DNA of 64,000 nt from Eledone cirrhosa. Lineage: Eukaryota. The notes beneath the pieces were generated by a model. The model was not told the origin of the DNA and made no database searches. It was given only the letters and a program-made list of their open reading frames with translations. The stretch spans positions 148,242,001-148,306,000 of the forward strand of contig OZ024743.1 of the NCBI GenBank assembly GCA_964016885.1. Reading direction: 5' to 3'. This document shows, piece by piece, positions 27,540-43,035 of this stretch (positions within the stretch are counted from its first letter, which is position 1; each line of letters opens with the position of its first letter). The position numbers and the translations under genes were made by a program.

Positions 27540-28102
27540 TGGAAGCTTAGTAAAATCGAAGCTTTGACTGTGGGCAAGCAAAGTCAACCTACAATAGGAA
27601 TGAGTTAGCAAAGCACTCAATAAGGGTAGGTCCTTAGAGTAATAACATACGTTTAAATTGCGGTAGGCAAAACCCAACCACCCAATACCAAAGTAACGAA
27701 AGAACTAACAGGTTAAAAGATATATATATATATATATATGTGTACACCCATTCGCGCTGTTAAACCACTGGGACTGAAGGACCCCTATCTTTTGTCAAGG
27801 CCTTCTTATAGGAGAAACAAACTCAGAAAACTGGGATAACTCCCACATAAAACCTGCGGCTCAGTAGTTAACGATGATGTTGATCTTTTCTTCTTTTCGG
27901 GTTATATCCACTATCGCTCAGAGAGTGCGATTGGCTCAGTGCACAGTCTTTCCTCACTTTAAAAATGTCTTCACGCACAGGCATTGCACGATAGCATTAA
28001 TTGATGTTATATCGTGCAATGCCATACTCGATAACGAGGGGGCAGCCATCATATATATATATGTGTGTGTGTGTGTGTGTCCGTGTGTGTGTGTATATTC
28101 AC

Positions 28103-28167
28103 AGAAGAAGAAGAAGAAGAAGAAGAAGAAGAAGAAGAAGAAGAAGAAGAAGAAGAAGAAGAAGAAG
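28103..28167. repeat. (AAG)n microsatellite
   Basis: Directly visible. Confidence 0.97.
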
Positions 28168-28774
28168 CGTTGAAGCTTTAGATAGAGAGTCCAGGTCGAA
28201 ACATATATTGCAGTCTCCATCTTCTGCTGTAAAAACTAGCGATGGGCCTACAACATGTCCCGGGAGGGTTCGTAAGATTGTAACCGTCACCATTGGAAAG
28301 CTGGAACATCACAACCCTTACAGATAAAGAACAAGATCTAGTGGAGAAAGATATATATATAGTTGGAGATTCTTCAGCAACGTTCCGTAAATCTGGTACT
28401 GTAGATTTGGATGGAGGATGGAAAGTATACTATTCAGTTGTTACGCCAAAATGCTTCCAGTAGGGAGGAAATGTTCACAATGTCAAAATCTGAGAATTTA
28501 CAGTATTGTCGTTCGAGTATGTTATCAAACCAAACAGTATTTCGGGAAGGAAGTTAATGGCTCATATAATCTTATAATTTGATTGAATCTTATATATACT
28601 TACTAACATCTCCTATCTCCTAGTTCAATCCTAGTGGGATTAATGAGCCGGCCTTTAGCATCAGCTAAGAAATTAGATTTATGAACTGTTATATTAATAT
28701 GAAGGTGGAGGGCTACAAACTATTCCATTTTATATTCTATCTTAAAAACGTAGGTGAACATTTAACTTCATTAT

Positions 28775-28900
28775 TTACGGACTGAGTTCAAATCCCGCCG
28801 AGGTTAACTTTTCCTTTCATCCTTACGGGGTCGATAAAATAAAGTACCAGTAATACATTGGGTATTTGATGGCCTTGTGCCTAAAGAAGAAACAATTATT
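28775..28900 (+). mobile_element. tRNA-derived SINE, 3' part
   Basis: B box GAGTTCAAATCC plus body CCGAGGTTAACTTT.CCTTTCATCCTTACGGGGTCGATAAAATAAAGTACCAG. Confidence 0.85.
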
Positions 28901-28907
28901 ACTTCAA

Positions 28908-29283
28908 TTTGGTTCTCCATTTTCCTCAAACCCAAACCTTCTGTTCAACATCATTATTTAGACAGAGTGAAAATATGTTTGTTTATTGATGAATATATTT
29001 GAGTATGTTAGAGACTTAGTATGTGAGCACTTTAATGCACACACACACACACGTGTGTATGAGTGTGCGGGGCTATATTCATCCCTATAAATGCATATTT
29101 ATACACATACACACACATATGTATATATATTTATATGCATATTTGGATGTGTACACATTTTCAATGTTAGTTCAAACAATATTTTTAATGAAACAGAATC
29201 CTTTTCATCGTTCCCTCATTTCTGTTTGCATATGAATCCCTGCTAGAGGTTTCAGATTTTGACCATTGACTCGCTGATTTGAT
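28908..29283. repeat. ~375 bp inverted duplication of 31767-32143
   Basis: High-identity reverse-complement match across the whole length. Confidence 0.92.
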
Positions 29284-29470
29284 GGATTGGCAGTATCGGT
29301 AGAGGGTCGGACGCCATGCTTTGCAGCAAAGAGTTACGGCCCTTTATGGTCTGAGTTCAAATCCCGCCGAGATTATCTTTGCCTTTCATCCTTACGGGGT
29401 CGATAAAATAAAGTACCAGTAATAAACTGGGATAATTGATGGCCTTGTGCCAAAAGTAGAAATAATTATT
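29284..29470 (+). mobile_element. tRNA-derived SINE
   Basis: A box TGGCAGTATCGG, B box GAGTTCAAATCC, same body, short ATT tail. Confidence 0.9.
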
Positions 29471-29961
29471 ACTTCAATTTCATGTATTAGTTTTCTTGTA
29501 CATTTTCGAGATGTTACAAGAAAGAATTCACATGTATATGCAAACTCGTAAATCCTCATCATCATCAGATGAATAGAGTTAAAGGAATGTGTGGGTGTTT
29601 TATTCAATATATATTCAAATATGATAGAATATCTTTTAAAGTTTAACTTCTCTATTATGAATTTAATCTGTAACGGGCATATTCTTGTATTAAACCAGAA
29701 ATTTGTATCTGTACATTCTTTATGAAATGGCTTCCATCACTTATGTTGTATAAATTGGTCGAAAATCTCGATTAATTATTTTGATATTGGTGGATTTGCT
29801 ATAAGATTTGCTATAAGATTTGCTATAAGATTTGCCAACTATAAAAGACGGAAAGGGGAAAGATGTGTCTCTGTCCAACTTTTACAGTCGTCAAGAGTAC
29901 TTTATCCTATTTTCTTCAAATATTATTATAGGCACCTGCGTTGAGACGAATACATTACAAT

Positions 29962-30047
<86 letters not shown>

Positions 30048-30212
30048 TTTAACTTTATAACATATAAAATAATACAACTGGGTTTCCACAAAATACATAT
30101 AGTTAGCACCCCAAACACTTAAATTGGGTTTATACTAACGTATAACCTAATGTTTGTTGAGTGAGATGGTTACCAGTCGGAGTTTAGCTTAAAGCTATCT
30201 CTGTTATTGTAT

Positions 30213-30302
<90 letters not shown>

Positions 30303-30402
30303 ACTATAACTATTTCACATTAGTTCCAGTCCTGTAGAAGCCATTTCTATATTAAATATTGTATATTGAGTACCTTACTTACCCCTGATTCAATCCGGTT
30401 GG

Positions 30403-30439
<37 letters not shown>

Positions 30440-31214
30440 CATGCATGTTGAATTTCATCGCTATTTTAGTCGGTCAAGCAATCATATAGATGCTTCCTAG
30501 TTAGCTCATTAAATGGGATATCAGAATGCTTTCTTTGGAGTAGAAGGCAGTAGATTTACTGGGGGAAAAGCTCCTCTAACTACTTGATCCGAAAGAGAGC
30601 CATGAAAAATACTCCCCAAATGGTGTGAAGAAACTCTATAATTACAATAGTTCTCCTGGAGATCAAACAGTAAATTTATTCCTGTTAGGATAGAAATGAG
30701 ATGTGCCTTAAACTATGTATGAGAGTATTGTAACCAAGATGAAGATTTAGAAAAATATATTGAAGAATTTAGTATACAAGTAGATGTTGAACAGTTTTCT
30801 GTTCTCAATTCCCTTTTACAAGTGTTTGTGCATAGATGTCATCGGAAATCATAGCAAAATCAGTTTTTAAAGTTCGTTTCTTTGCTACTAAAACGAAAAG
30901 GTCACGATGACAAAAATAATTCTAGTTATTATTGAAAGTATTTTAATCGTTCAGTACCTTATTTAACATGCAGAGAGATAATATAGTGAAATATAATTAT
31001 AAGATTATCATTGTACATAGTAAGATGAGTAGAAGGAAAGAGAAAGGGCAGTTTGGCTGAACTATGTAGGGATGACTGTACTCTTATGGGCGTGTGATGC
31101 AAATGAGTGATGAGTCGTTGGTGAAAAGGAGTCGTGATGCTGTCAGTAAAGGATACACATGGAAGAGGAAGAGTGGCGAGGTTAGATTTTAAATTACTGA
31201 AACATATACAATAA

Positions 31215-31309
31215 AGGAGAAACCAATACTTTTGGTGGCAAAGGGAACAACAGACCTCATGAAAATATACTGGCAGAGAAACAAGTAGTCAAAACATTGA
31301 AAACGATGG

Positions 31310-31366
<57 letters not shown>

Positions 31367-32553
31367 CGATGATGATAATGACGACGACGGTGATGCTGCA
31401 GCCAAAGAAGATGAAAATGACAGCATAGTTGATGAAGATATATAGTTATGTCAAATATTACTGTCACAGACTCAGATGTAGCAATTGAATATACCCATGT
31501 ATATAACTGCTATGTATTCTATTCAACCAAACAAGGCACTTGAAGAAATCTAAAGTGTCAGAACACTCCATTTGATACCATGTAAATCAAGTAGACTATA
31601 TATTTCCTTGTTCCTAATAAGATACGAAGTCTTGATTATGAACAAGCGAGAAGGCGCCAACAATAGACTTACTGTCAAATGAATGATGGGTAAATTGCCA
31701 TATATTGTCAAGTGATAGTAATTGAAGATGAAGTGGGCCAAGTCGAAACTTCCTGGAATAGATGATATCAAATCAGAGAGTCAATGCCAAAATCTGAAAC
31801 CTCTAGCAAGGATTCATATGCAAACAGAAATGACGGAACGGTGTAAAGGATTCTGTTTCATTTAAAATATTGTTTGAACTAACATTGAAAATGTGTACAC
31901 ATCCAAGTATATATGCATATAAATATATATACATATGTGTGTGTGTGTATACATATGCATTTATAGGGATGAATATAGCCCCGCACACTCATACACACGT
32001 GTGTGTGTATGTGCATTAAAGTGCTCACATACTAAGTCTCTAACACACTCAAATATGTTCATCAATAAACAAACATATTTTCACTCTGTCTAAATAATGA
32101 TGTTGAACAATAGGTTTGGGTTTAAGGAAAATGGAGAACCAAAACAGGACAATAAATAACAAGAAAAGTAAAGTAATATGGTGAAGTGTGAGAAATGGAA
32201 AGAAAAGAGGAAGAAAAAAAAGAAAGAAGTGAAAATGTAAGTTGAAAGTGCAAAGAAGCTTAGGTGAATAAATTCAGGATACTCGTAATTTGTAATGTGC
32301 ATTTGCAAAAGATAACCACTCCATCACCGTTTTTGTTTTATATAATTTCTTATTGTTTTTTTTTTTTGTTTTTTTTTTGTTTTTTTTTTGTTTTTCCCTT
32401 GCCATATTGCTTGATAATCAATATTGTAAACCTTCCTACCAGTTTATATACATTAGTACAGCAGTCAAAATATACTGTCATATACAGATCTGATATGTTT
32501 CCATTCCAATATATCTCGCTGCTACCAAATATTTTCAACTTTATCTCACCCAC
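31215..32553 (-). pseudogene. Possible decayed dystrophin/dystrobrevin-family EF-hand+ZZ remnants (tentative)
   Basis: Collinear pieces VGEIKLKIF..GNISDLY..YF (32439-32553), KFRLGPLH...SFD...FTWYQME...CLVWLNRIH (31500-31752, three stops) and FHEVCCSLCHQ/SIGF (31215-31269). By-eye similarity only. Confidence 0.25.
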
Positions 32554-32588
32554 CTATAATATGTGCATTCTTTAAAAATGTGTGTCTG

Positions 32589-32651
<63 letters not shown>

Positions 32652-33859
32652 TGATTAACTCTATTGAATAAGTGGATAAGCTTCAAATGAAATATATTAA
32701 GATTTTTATACTTTAAAATGAGGAAAAACACATATTTTCCCATATTTTAAAATGATATTGTCTGTTACTTAGTCTTTGTTTGCAACAGTGTATCAACAGT
32801 AGTTATATTGCAAACATCCCTACAAATTCTTGATCATTTTCAAAATTATTTCAACATTATAGACAGTATCTTTCAAAGAAATATGGTAACAGATTAATTC
32901 TTATTTATGATTAATCTATTTTCAACTGATATATTTTTACATATTCATCAAAGCTTGAAGCAAACTAAAACAATCCTAAATATATATGCATTCATGTGTG
33001 CTCACTTACATGCACATACAAATATATAATGAGCAAAGTAACATATTTTGAAGTGATATTCGTAAAATATTCAAATGTGTTTAAGTCAGTTTTCACAATT
33101 TGTTATATTTATTTCAAAGTAGAAAAATAACATTTTATAGGAGTTGATCTTGATGATGAACCACTGTGTCAAATATAGTTAAGCAAAAACATGATCATAT
33201 ACATTCCATCCTGACCAAAAACAAGGTGTCCTCCTTTTTTCCCTGCTATTTCTTGATGATCAACTATTTAGAGATTGGTGTATTATGGGAGTTGAATGGC
33301 TAGATAGACACACTAAAACTCTAATTTGTATAACCTGTATTATATTTGATATAATATCTATTATAAATATTATAATATAACACATATTTTAATTTTACAT
33401 AGGTTTGAATATGTAGAATATAAGTAGATTTAACTGAAATCATATGTGAGGTATTTAGTTTGTTGATCCTAGAGATAAAACATACCCTAGAAGAATTTGA
33501 GCACTGAATATACTGAATTCCACAAATTTGTAGCAGGGGAGCTACAATTGATTGAATCACGACCAGTACATGACTAGTAATTAATTTATGAAAAAAGAGT
33601 CATATATAATGTGCAGTAGAGAAGATTGCACTGATATACATATGGGATGCGTATGGATCGTAATCGTTGGGGGAATAACTGCTACAAAATCCCAGTGGAA
33701 GGAAGCTACGGTAGAAGAATACCAAGGCCGACCTGGGTGGTGAGAGCTGATGGCAAAGGTGGTGAGAGCTGATCCCTCATTGATTCCTCATTGCTGAAGC
33801 TCACAGAGAAGTCGAACATGGAGTGGAGTTATGCTCTATGGAAGTACAATTACAATAAT

Positions 33860-34335
33860 TCAGTTCCATTGCTCGCTGTGGGGCATAGACCATTGACGAC
33901 CCTCCACCATCATATACGATCCTGGGGTGCTCTCGCCACTCCATTCCAGTTCGCTTCCAGTTTTCTTAATTCAGCCTCAGTATCACGCCTCCAGCAGCCG
34001 TGGGCCGACCTGCGGCTTCCAGGTCAGGGATTGGCGTGTGGTGTTGGATGCTGATTTCCTGAGGGTGCGTCTAAATCAGCTCCACTTTCTTGGTAGAATC
34101 TCATTGCCACTAGTTCCTACAGATCTTCGTTTCTGATTTTCTACAACCATTTGATGTTGTAGATGCGCCTCAGAGAAGTGTTGAAGAATGTCGTCTGGAT
34201 CTCCTGCGTCTACTTTGTTGTCCTCCAAGTTTCACATCCGTTGGTGTTGGAGATGCGAAGTTTAGTTCTTCAGCAGATATCTTTTGATGACCAGACGTTC
34301 TTTAGCATGATGAAAGCTGATCTCATTTTGCCAGT
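33860..34335 (-). mobile_element. RTE-clade LINE 3' fragment
   Basis: RSAFIMLKNVWSSK...TKLRISNTN..GCETW...LRRIYNIKW..IRNEDL...TRQSLTW...WRRDTEAEL...QDR. Confidence 0.8.
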
Positions 34336-34538
34336 CCATCTGGTTGATCGACGTGGTAGATAAATGCATCCGTTAAATAAGATATTTGGTAGTACTTATT
34401 TCATCTAAGTGTCTAAGTGTATTGCATATAAATATTTTTTTAAACGATCGACTTTCGTCAAATCGGACCGAGGAAACAATGTTTCCGTTGGTCTTTCCAG
34501 TTGCTAGTACTATCTATCGGTCGCAACTCCAGGTAGAA

Positions 34539-34655
34539 GGAGCAACGTGAAATAAAGTGTCTTGCTCAAGGACATAACGCATCGCCCGGTCTAGGAATCG
34601 AACTCACAACCTCAACATTGTGAATCCAATTCTCTAACCACTCAGCTACACGCCT
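34539..34655 (-). mobile_element. tRNA-derived SINE of a second family (CORE-like)
   Basis: Minus strand TAGCTGAGTGG (A box), GTTCGATTCC (B box), then TGTCCTTGAGCAAGACACTT. Confidence 0.8.
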
Positions 34656-37066
34656 TCACTAAATATAAAGCAGTTAAATAGCACCTATAAATATAAAGCA
34701 GTTAAATAGCACCTATAATATACTTGTATTAAATTCGATACTTATAGTTTACTCTAATCCTTATTATCGTCATTATAAGTTCACTTTCCATGCTGATATA
34801 GGTTTGTCACGGTCTGAGACCAGACGAGTCAGAGTAACCTCACCCTCATGTTCATGACGTTCTATATTTTGCGGTGTTTCTATGGCTAGATGTACATTCT
34901 ATTGTAAACCACCTTACAGAGAGTACTAGGTGAATCTTCCGTGACACCTGTGCCACAAGTTAACAGAGTTGACTGAGCGCATTTTATCGTGACACCAACA
35001 CTAACATTTTATATGATGAACGTGTTGCATTTTATCGTGGCACCTGGAAAGATTACCCATGCTTGCCCAGTCTGACGATTCCTCTGAAACCCTATATTGC
35101 CTCCAATTAATTACTAAACACTGTATCCTATGGACCCTATATTGTTTATGTTTAATTTTGCAGTACTTGTACTGTCAGCTCGGTGTTATATCATCACCTT
35201 CATGGGGATCAGTCACTTGAGGTCAGTCTTCACAACTGCCCGTGTGTTCTTTGGTTTCCATATTTCACAGACTTCATAAACTTAAAGCATACAGCTATTT
35301 TTTTTATACAACTCTCATTCTTAACAAAATATCTTCTTGACTATCAATAATACAATAGACACATTAACCAAATTCTATGAAAATATACATGAGTACTCGC
35401 CTGAACGAGATTCAGCTTTTTTACGATAAAAACCTGAAGAGTATAAACTTACATAATATATTTGATCAATATGTCTAATGAATAAAATACACGAACATAA
35501 ACATATATATCAATGGTATATGGAACTTTTTCTCTCAGAACCATCGTAGCTAATATTGTTAACAAAAATTAAGCAAAAGGATTTTGCACAAATACGGGAT
35601 ATTTCTGTAATATTAGATATGAAACGTAAAATGAATAAGAGTATATGGGATTCAAGCAGACGTCTCAAAGGTCAGTTCAAGTTCCCTTCGAATTTGTTGT
35701 TGAATATTAAATAACATGTCTACGTTCATCATGCTGTTTCAAATACAAATACAAATAAAGTATGCCAGACATATTATAAGCAATCTGATTTTTAATGAAA
35801 AGTTTTACATAAAAATATCATATCTTAACATAAACAGGAACACTTTAAAATGAAAGGGTCTGTATTAATGAACCTGAGGCAAGCTCATGTGGGTTAGTAT
35901 CAAATGACTAATGCTCTTAAAGTAATGCTAAGCTCTCAAGAGTCCAGGCAACGTATTAGAGCCATTTTAGTATTAACATTAAATAGGAATCTTATCGAAA
36001 TATCTATAAAAGTTTGCAAGTAGTACAGCATGCAGTTTGTGAAATTCACTCTGTAGCAAATAGAAGCCAAAATAAATCTACTTATAACGAGATTCTTTTG
36101 ACTAAAACACCTACTTGAAATGTCGTTAGAGGTTTCCAACTGAAGAATATAGATAAGATGCTTAATGAGCTCAATCTCTATTATATGTAAAGTAATGATA
36201 TACTAGCTAGGCCAAATTAAGCACAATTGTGGCACTTAAAAATCCTTTGAAAGTTTTGGTATTTATGAATATGTACAGAGAATCAGAGATAAATCATTGA
36301 TAAAATGTAAACAGAAAAAGAGGACCAACGATAACAACAATAATAGATATTAATGAAAATAACATTTCGGCGTTGAATGTATTTCCATCATCACTTAATA
36401 CTTCCCTTCTCATGTACCTTTTTTTCCATCACCCCTAATGTTTTTACTTTCCATCATCCTTACGCATATGAGTGCAACCGCCAAAAGACATTTAGCTGCT
36501 ATTTTCGTAGGTGAAGCTGCCATACGGAGGCACTCTTTTTCGCTCATCAAATAAGATCAACTAACTAGTAATAACAGTCAAATCTCTCTTAGATTATCCC
36601 CTACCATCTTAAAGGAAGAATACATCCCATATGATCGACCCACACATTCTGTGTGAGTTGATCACAAAGGGAATGCTTTCGAACATAAGCCTGCTCAGTT
36701 AAGGAAGACCTGGGTTTAAAAACAACAGAGTAACAACAGTTCTGCAGAGCGATTGTTTTGGAATTTCTTATCTAGTTTATACTCTTTAAGATTACATAGA
36801 GACTATTATACAATAAGAACCTTTAAAGTGTAGGAGGATCTAAAAGTTATGACCCACCACCACTAACACAGGTTTCTCCATATTTATCATCAACATAAAT
36901 AGAAAAGAGAGTTAAGTGACTTGCCCAGGGTTTCAACATATGGAAAACAAAAGGATAATAGTGATGATAACGATAGCAATGATAGTAAAGGTAACAATGG
37001 TTCTAGGATTTTCTAAATTACTGAAGCAGGAAATAAATCAAGAATTTACAGATGTGGGAAAAAATC

Positions 37067-37099
37067 TAGTAGTAGTAGTAGTAATAGTAGTAGTAGTAA

Positions 37100-37186
<87 letters not shown>
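37067..37186. repeat. (GTA)n microsatellite
   Basis: Directly visible. Confidence 0.97.
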
Positions 37187-37187
<1 letters not shown>

Positions 37188-37293
37188 TGCTGTTGTAACA
37201 GTAGCAGTAATAGCATAAGCATTCTAACACTTCAAGATACTAATTAACGCCAAATTTGTTTACCATTCTAAAGGAATGTAATTTCTTCCTCTT

Positions 37294-37325
<32 letters not shown>

Positions 37326-37671
37326 CACTCACTATTTCTCTCACCCACTCACTCACCCTCTCATTTGCAGCTATATATAATTTTGATAGTTTCACAGTTA
37401 TGAAAAATAAACAGACTTCTGGCATGATGTAACACTTTTGTGTTTCAACATGAACAATTTACAAAGAAGATACAATTTCCAAAAATATGGCTGACAGCAA
37501 AGTTAGACGTTAGAAGAACCATTATCATTGGAAAGCAAGAAATTTAAGAAAAAAACAAAGAAGCAAGCCATAAGAAATTGTTTACATTATAATAAAAGGT
37601 CGTAGAATTCAATACAGAAAACAAAAATAAATTCAAAACATATATAAATACATAATGATGATGATGATGAT

Positions 37672-37704
<33 letters not shown>

Positions 37705-38687
37705 AAGAAGAAGAAGAAGAAGAAGAAGAAGAAGAAGAAGAAGAAGAAGAACGATGGCGAGGAAGAGGAGAAAGACAACGAAGAAGAGAAGGAAAAATAA
37801 AAAGAAGAGTGTTTGAGTTGCAGTAGAAAGATAAAGGAAAATAAAAGACGGGGGAAGATTTGAAAAAGAAAATGAATTAAGTTGTACAAATTTCCATATT
37901 TTGTTAGAAAACAAAACCAATGGCTTGAAAATCTGGAAATGAATTTTATGATTTTGATTATTAGATTAAGTAAATGATTTTTATATGTTGCAATATCAGT
38001 AACAGATTTAAGTGCATTATACCAAACACATATATAAACATACTTGTATAGACACCATTTTGTCGTTCATCAGTCTATCTATTAATCTCTTGCTCTTTTT
38101 CTCTACTATTTTGTTCTCTTTCTTTCTATCGTTTGCACAGATATGATATACATATGATTCAATATATATATAAATATACATACACTCACACATGTATACA
38201 TATGAGCGAGTCCTACCAATACCAGTTTTACTCAATAAGAATCGATTAGTCTCAGCTTAATGAAAATTATATTTGGGAAAAGCGAACAAGATAAGTACTC
38301 TCTTATGGTTGAGTAAAAGATGTGGCCAAATCGTACTACTTCTCCTACCAGCCCCTTTACTTGTCAATGTCCACCTACTGCTGTCCCTCTGTTGACCGTA
38401 AATCACGTGATAACTCTCTTATTCGAAATTATTTCTGATAGCGGATAACACAGATGAATTATTTCTTGTTTGAAAATGTTCCCAGACGAGTTGGGGTTTT
38501 TGCAGTACTCAAAACTGAGGTTTATTCAACGAAACTGGGGTAGAGAGGCTCTATGTGATTAGGCAAATATTTCTTATTTCCCTTTCCTAATTATAAATTC
38601 TATTATGCCCTGACAAATTGTTTCTTATTAATTACTTTATTGAGAAAACTGGTATTCTATGGACTCCCTCATATGTATGTCTATATT

Positions 38688-38730
<43 letters not shown>

Positions 38731-38740
38731 CCACACACAC

Positions 38741-38820
<80 letters not shown>

Positions 38821-39754
38821 ACACACACACACACTCACATGTATATATCTATCTATCTATCTATCTATATATGTACAGGTTAGTATTCGACATGTTTATA
38901 TTTATATATATATATATATCGATGTTGTGGTATTATAGCCACATGAATTTATTTTTGGTGTCACACATTAACTTTGTGCGTTTATTCTGGATGAAAATAT
39001 ATTAACTATTCGCACCATCGAGTGCTCATTGACTACCTCAAACAATTCGATTGCTATCTGCTATACTGAGGCTACAACTTCGGTTTACACTCATTAATAT
39101 TATTCTCATGCTTTTATATAACTATTCATTTAATTGATTGTTTATAAAGCCAGTTGATAACTTTTCCTCAAGGCTGTGAAAAATCTCTTTGTTCACAGCT
39201 TGAATTTTTCCGCCAAAAGTTCGGCCGATTTCACCTTCGTCTTTTAAGAAAAGTCACGTGATGGCACTGGCGAATTTACTACTACAGTTGAATGCCCGCA
39301 TTGTCTTCTAGAGATATATTTTTCGTCAGATATATTTTTAAAGAACACCTGCCTGTGAAGGGATAGTCCTGTTCTATCAATTGATGCATCTATGACTTGC
39401 ATATATATTGTGCAACCCGTGATGTATATTCCCGGAATCCCAGAAACCTATCGAAGATTTTAATTGATTCTTGTTTATTCAAGATGGTCTAGGTTAGCAT
39501 TCAACCTTTTTGTATATATCGATGCTGTGGTATTATTATGGCCGCATATATTTGTTCACTGGTGTGAGACTTCATTAACTTCTTGTGTTTACTCTGGGTA
39601 AAAATGTATGAAAATTTCACACGAATGAGTGCTTTGTGATCGCCTCAAACAATTCGATTGATATCTGCTATACTGCTGCTACAATTTCGATTTATACCCA
39701 ACAAATATATATATTCAGTAAATTTGTTACACCTATCTATCTATCTATCTATCT

Positions 39755-40361
<607 letters not shown>

Positions 40362-40593
40362 AACAAATTTACTGAAGATATATATATATTGGGTATAAAT
40401 CGAAATTGTAGCAGCAGTATAGATATCAATCGAATTGTTTGAGGCGGTCTCAAAGCACTCAAACGTGTGAAATTTTAATACATTTTTACCCAGAGTAAAC
40501 ACAAGAAGTTAATGAAGTCTGACATCAGTAAACAAATAGTTGTGGCCATAATAATACCACAGCATCAATATATACAAACAGGTTGGAATAAAG

Positions 40594-40639
<46 letters not shown>

Positions 40640-41829
40640 GTGCAGGGAGTAAATGGATATAAAGCGTCAAAGAGAAATAGGAAGAGAGAGAGAGAAAGAC
40701 AAACTAGATAATATGATGGCATAGCAGAAATTGTGTCCTTTATGCTCAGGCAGAAAACAAGTGATTGGAAGTATAAATAGGCAGGATTAATAAAATGAAG
40801 ACCAAAAAGGGGTGGGGAAAGGGAAAAGGGTCACTGTCGCTCTAAGGAAAATACTGATTTCATAGTCTGAAAGCCAGTTGAAATTCTGATTAATCGGTTG
40901 ATGCAGTGATCCATCATTCCCTACACACTACCAATACACTCACCTCAGCTATATCAGCAGCAATGTGAAGGCTGCGTCTACCCGAGCATCTTGTGTAGTA
41001 TATCATTGTCAAAACAAATTAAGTAAATGTCGATCAGAGATGCTCAAAACAACAAGAATCAATGGTTGCAGGTTTGTGAAACTCTTCCCAACCTGTGCCT
41101 CCTAAACCCACTTCTCTTGGTGCTTATATTTTGGTCCTGTTAACATTTCAAATTATCAAACTGAAAAATATAGTTTTCCCACCGCCCTATTACTGAATCC
41201 CCTGCTACTCTGACACCACTGTATCATACCAGACACACCATCACATCCCTGCATAACTACAACTACCACCTTACCACATCCTGCCAGTACATCACCATAC
41301 CACAATAACACATCACCATACCACCATATCACTATATCATCTCACCAGCACATCACTACACCATCAGATTTCCACCCCACCATATCACCAGCACACTACA
41401 CTGCTAACAGAATAGCTCACAGCCGAATATCCTTCCCCTCCTCGGATTAACATTCCAATTATTCTAAAAGAAAAGAAGGAAAATGAAAAGAGGACAGTGT
41501 GAAAGAGTGGGAAAAGATAGAATATTGGAGTTTCTGGTCAAAGCTGACATGTATATTATAGCATCAGACCCGATGACTCCAGAAATACTTGCTTCATAAT
41601 ATTCATAAGTTAACTATCAACAGCTTCCTTCTTGTTCAAGAAAATATAAGCAATGTTTTAAAGGGAAATATATAAGGTGGAATATACATTTCTATATTCT
41701 TACACATTTTTGTAGAACCATATGCATATACATGCTCGAAGTATTAATGTATATATATATATATATATACACATATCAATGTCATCAGTTGTTCAATATA
41801 TATATCATCTCCTACATCTCTGACGCTTC

Positions 41830-42690
41830 CGTCCAATCTCCCTATCTATCAACCACTCTTATTACAATCTCTCAACGTCGATCTTTGACAACCCTATAAA
41901 CTCACACTCAATTATTGACTTCACCTATTCCTACTACACCAAACAAAACAGACCATATCCTTCTCTCAATTCCTCCGTCTCTGCAGCTGAGATCCCGATT
42001 TTGAACACGTCTCAACACAACCTCCTGCTTCATCTGACATGGATCACCACCTTCATCGAAGTAACCCTTACAAATGTCCATGATGTCACCTTGTGGCCGT
42101 TCCTTATATATTGTCTTCCCTTTCCCTTCAAATACTGCCCTCTACGTTTCACTTCCACCACCATATCTTTCCTTATTTCTAACACCTCTCTAAATCAGTC
42201 ACTTCCCGGTTCTTCCCAACCCGCACACCCTACCTTTAAGCATGCTCGTAATCTCCGTGACCTTCTTGTCCATAGTTCTACTACCTCTTCACCTATGACA
42301 CCCCCTGGCTGTCTTCCTTACTCCCTCTCCCATTGCCATACCTGTCCACACTTCGCCCAACAACACCATCCATCATTCCATCCACATACATTCCTTCTTC
42401 CCCTACACCTCCACTAACATCGTTTATGCCCTTCAGTGTTCACTCTGCGGATCCATCCGTACTGGACAAACAGGCTGCCACAAGGCTGACTAGTTCACAG
42501 AGAATTTGAAGGACATCCAACTTAACAACGACATTCCTGTTGCCAGCTACTTCCGTTCTCCATTTCAGTCCTCAAAACAGCTCTGTTTCCGGCATCGTTT
42601 CACACACAGGACCACCAAATGTTCGCTTCCAGACTGATCAATAATTGATATTTTTACACGGAACCACTATTCAGATTAGTCTCAGCTTCA
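41830..42690 (+). pseudogene. Decayed PLE (Neptune-like) thumb + GIY-YIG
   Basis: ISFSQFLRLCS...TFKHARNLRDLLVHS...CHTCPH...TSTNIVYALQCSLCG...GQTG...IPVASYF. Confidence 0.8.
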
Positions 42691-42879
42691 TATCACAGTG
42701 TATTTAATTCCCATGGGAGAGAATGAATATTTGCTAGCATCAACATTTTTTCATTGTATGTCTAGTGTACGATTGGCAACCTACGGTAACCTGCTGAGCG
42801 CTCTATATATCCGAGTACCCAAAACAACGTGAACATTTAACATCTTTCTTTATTTAACTCCCATATAATTTTGCACAAG

Positions 42880-43035
42880 GTGGTGAATTGGCAGAGTCGT
42901 TTAAACGTTGGATAGAACGCTTTGCAGTATTCGTTTCAAACCTCTGCTTTCTACTTTTAAATCGCGCCAAGGTCAACTTTCCCTTTCATCCATTTGAGGT
43001 CGATAAAAACGTACCAGTCTCGTATTGGAGTCGAT
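42880..43035 (+). mobile_element. Diverged tRNA-derived SINE
   Basis: GGTGGTGAATTGGCAGAGTCG...GCCAAGGTCAACTTTCCCTTTCATCCATTTGAGGTCGATAAAAACGTACCAG. Confidence 0.7.

Noticed and set aside
27980-28023. Isolated palindrome GGCATTGCACGATA...TATCGTGCAATGCC
   Set aside because: Single copy with no associated motif; I cannot assign a function.
31575-31620. In-frame stops rescued by A-to-I editing
   Set aside because: No evidence from the sequence alone; an intron or pseudogene decay is simpler.
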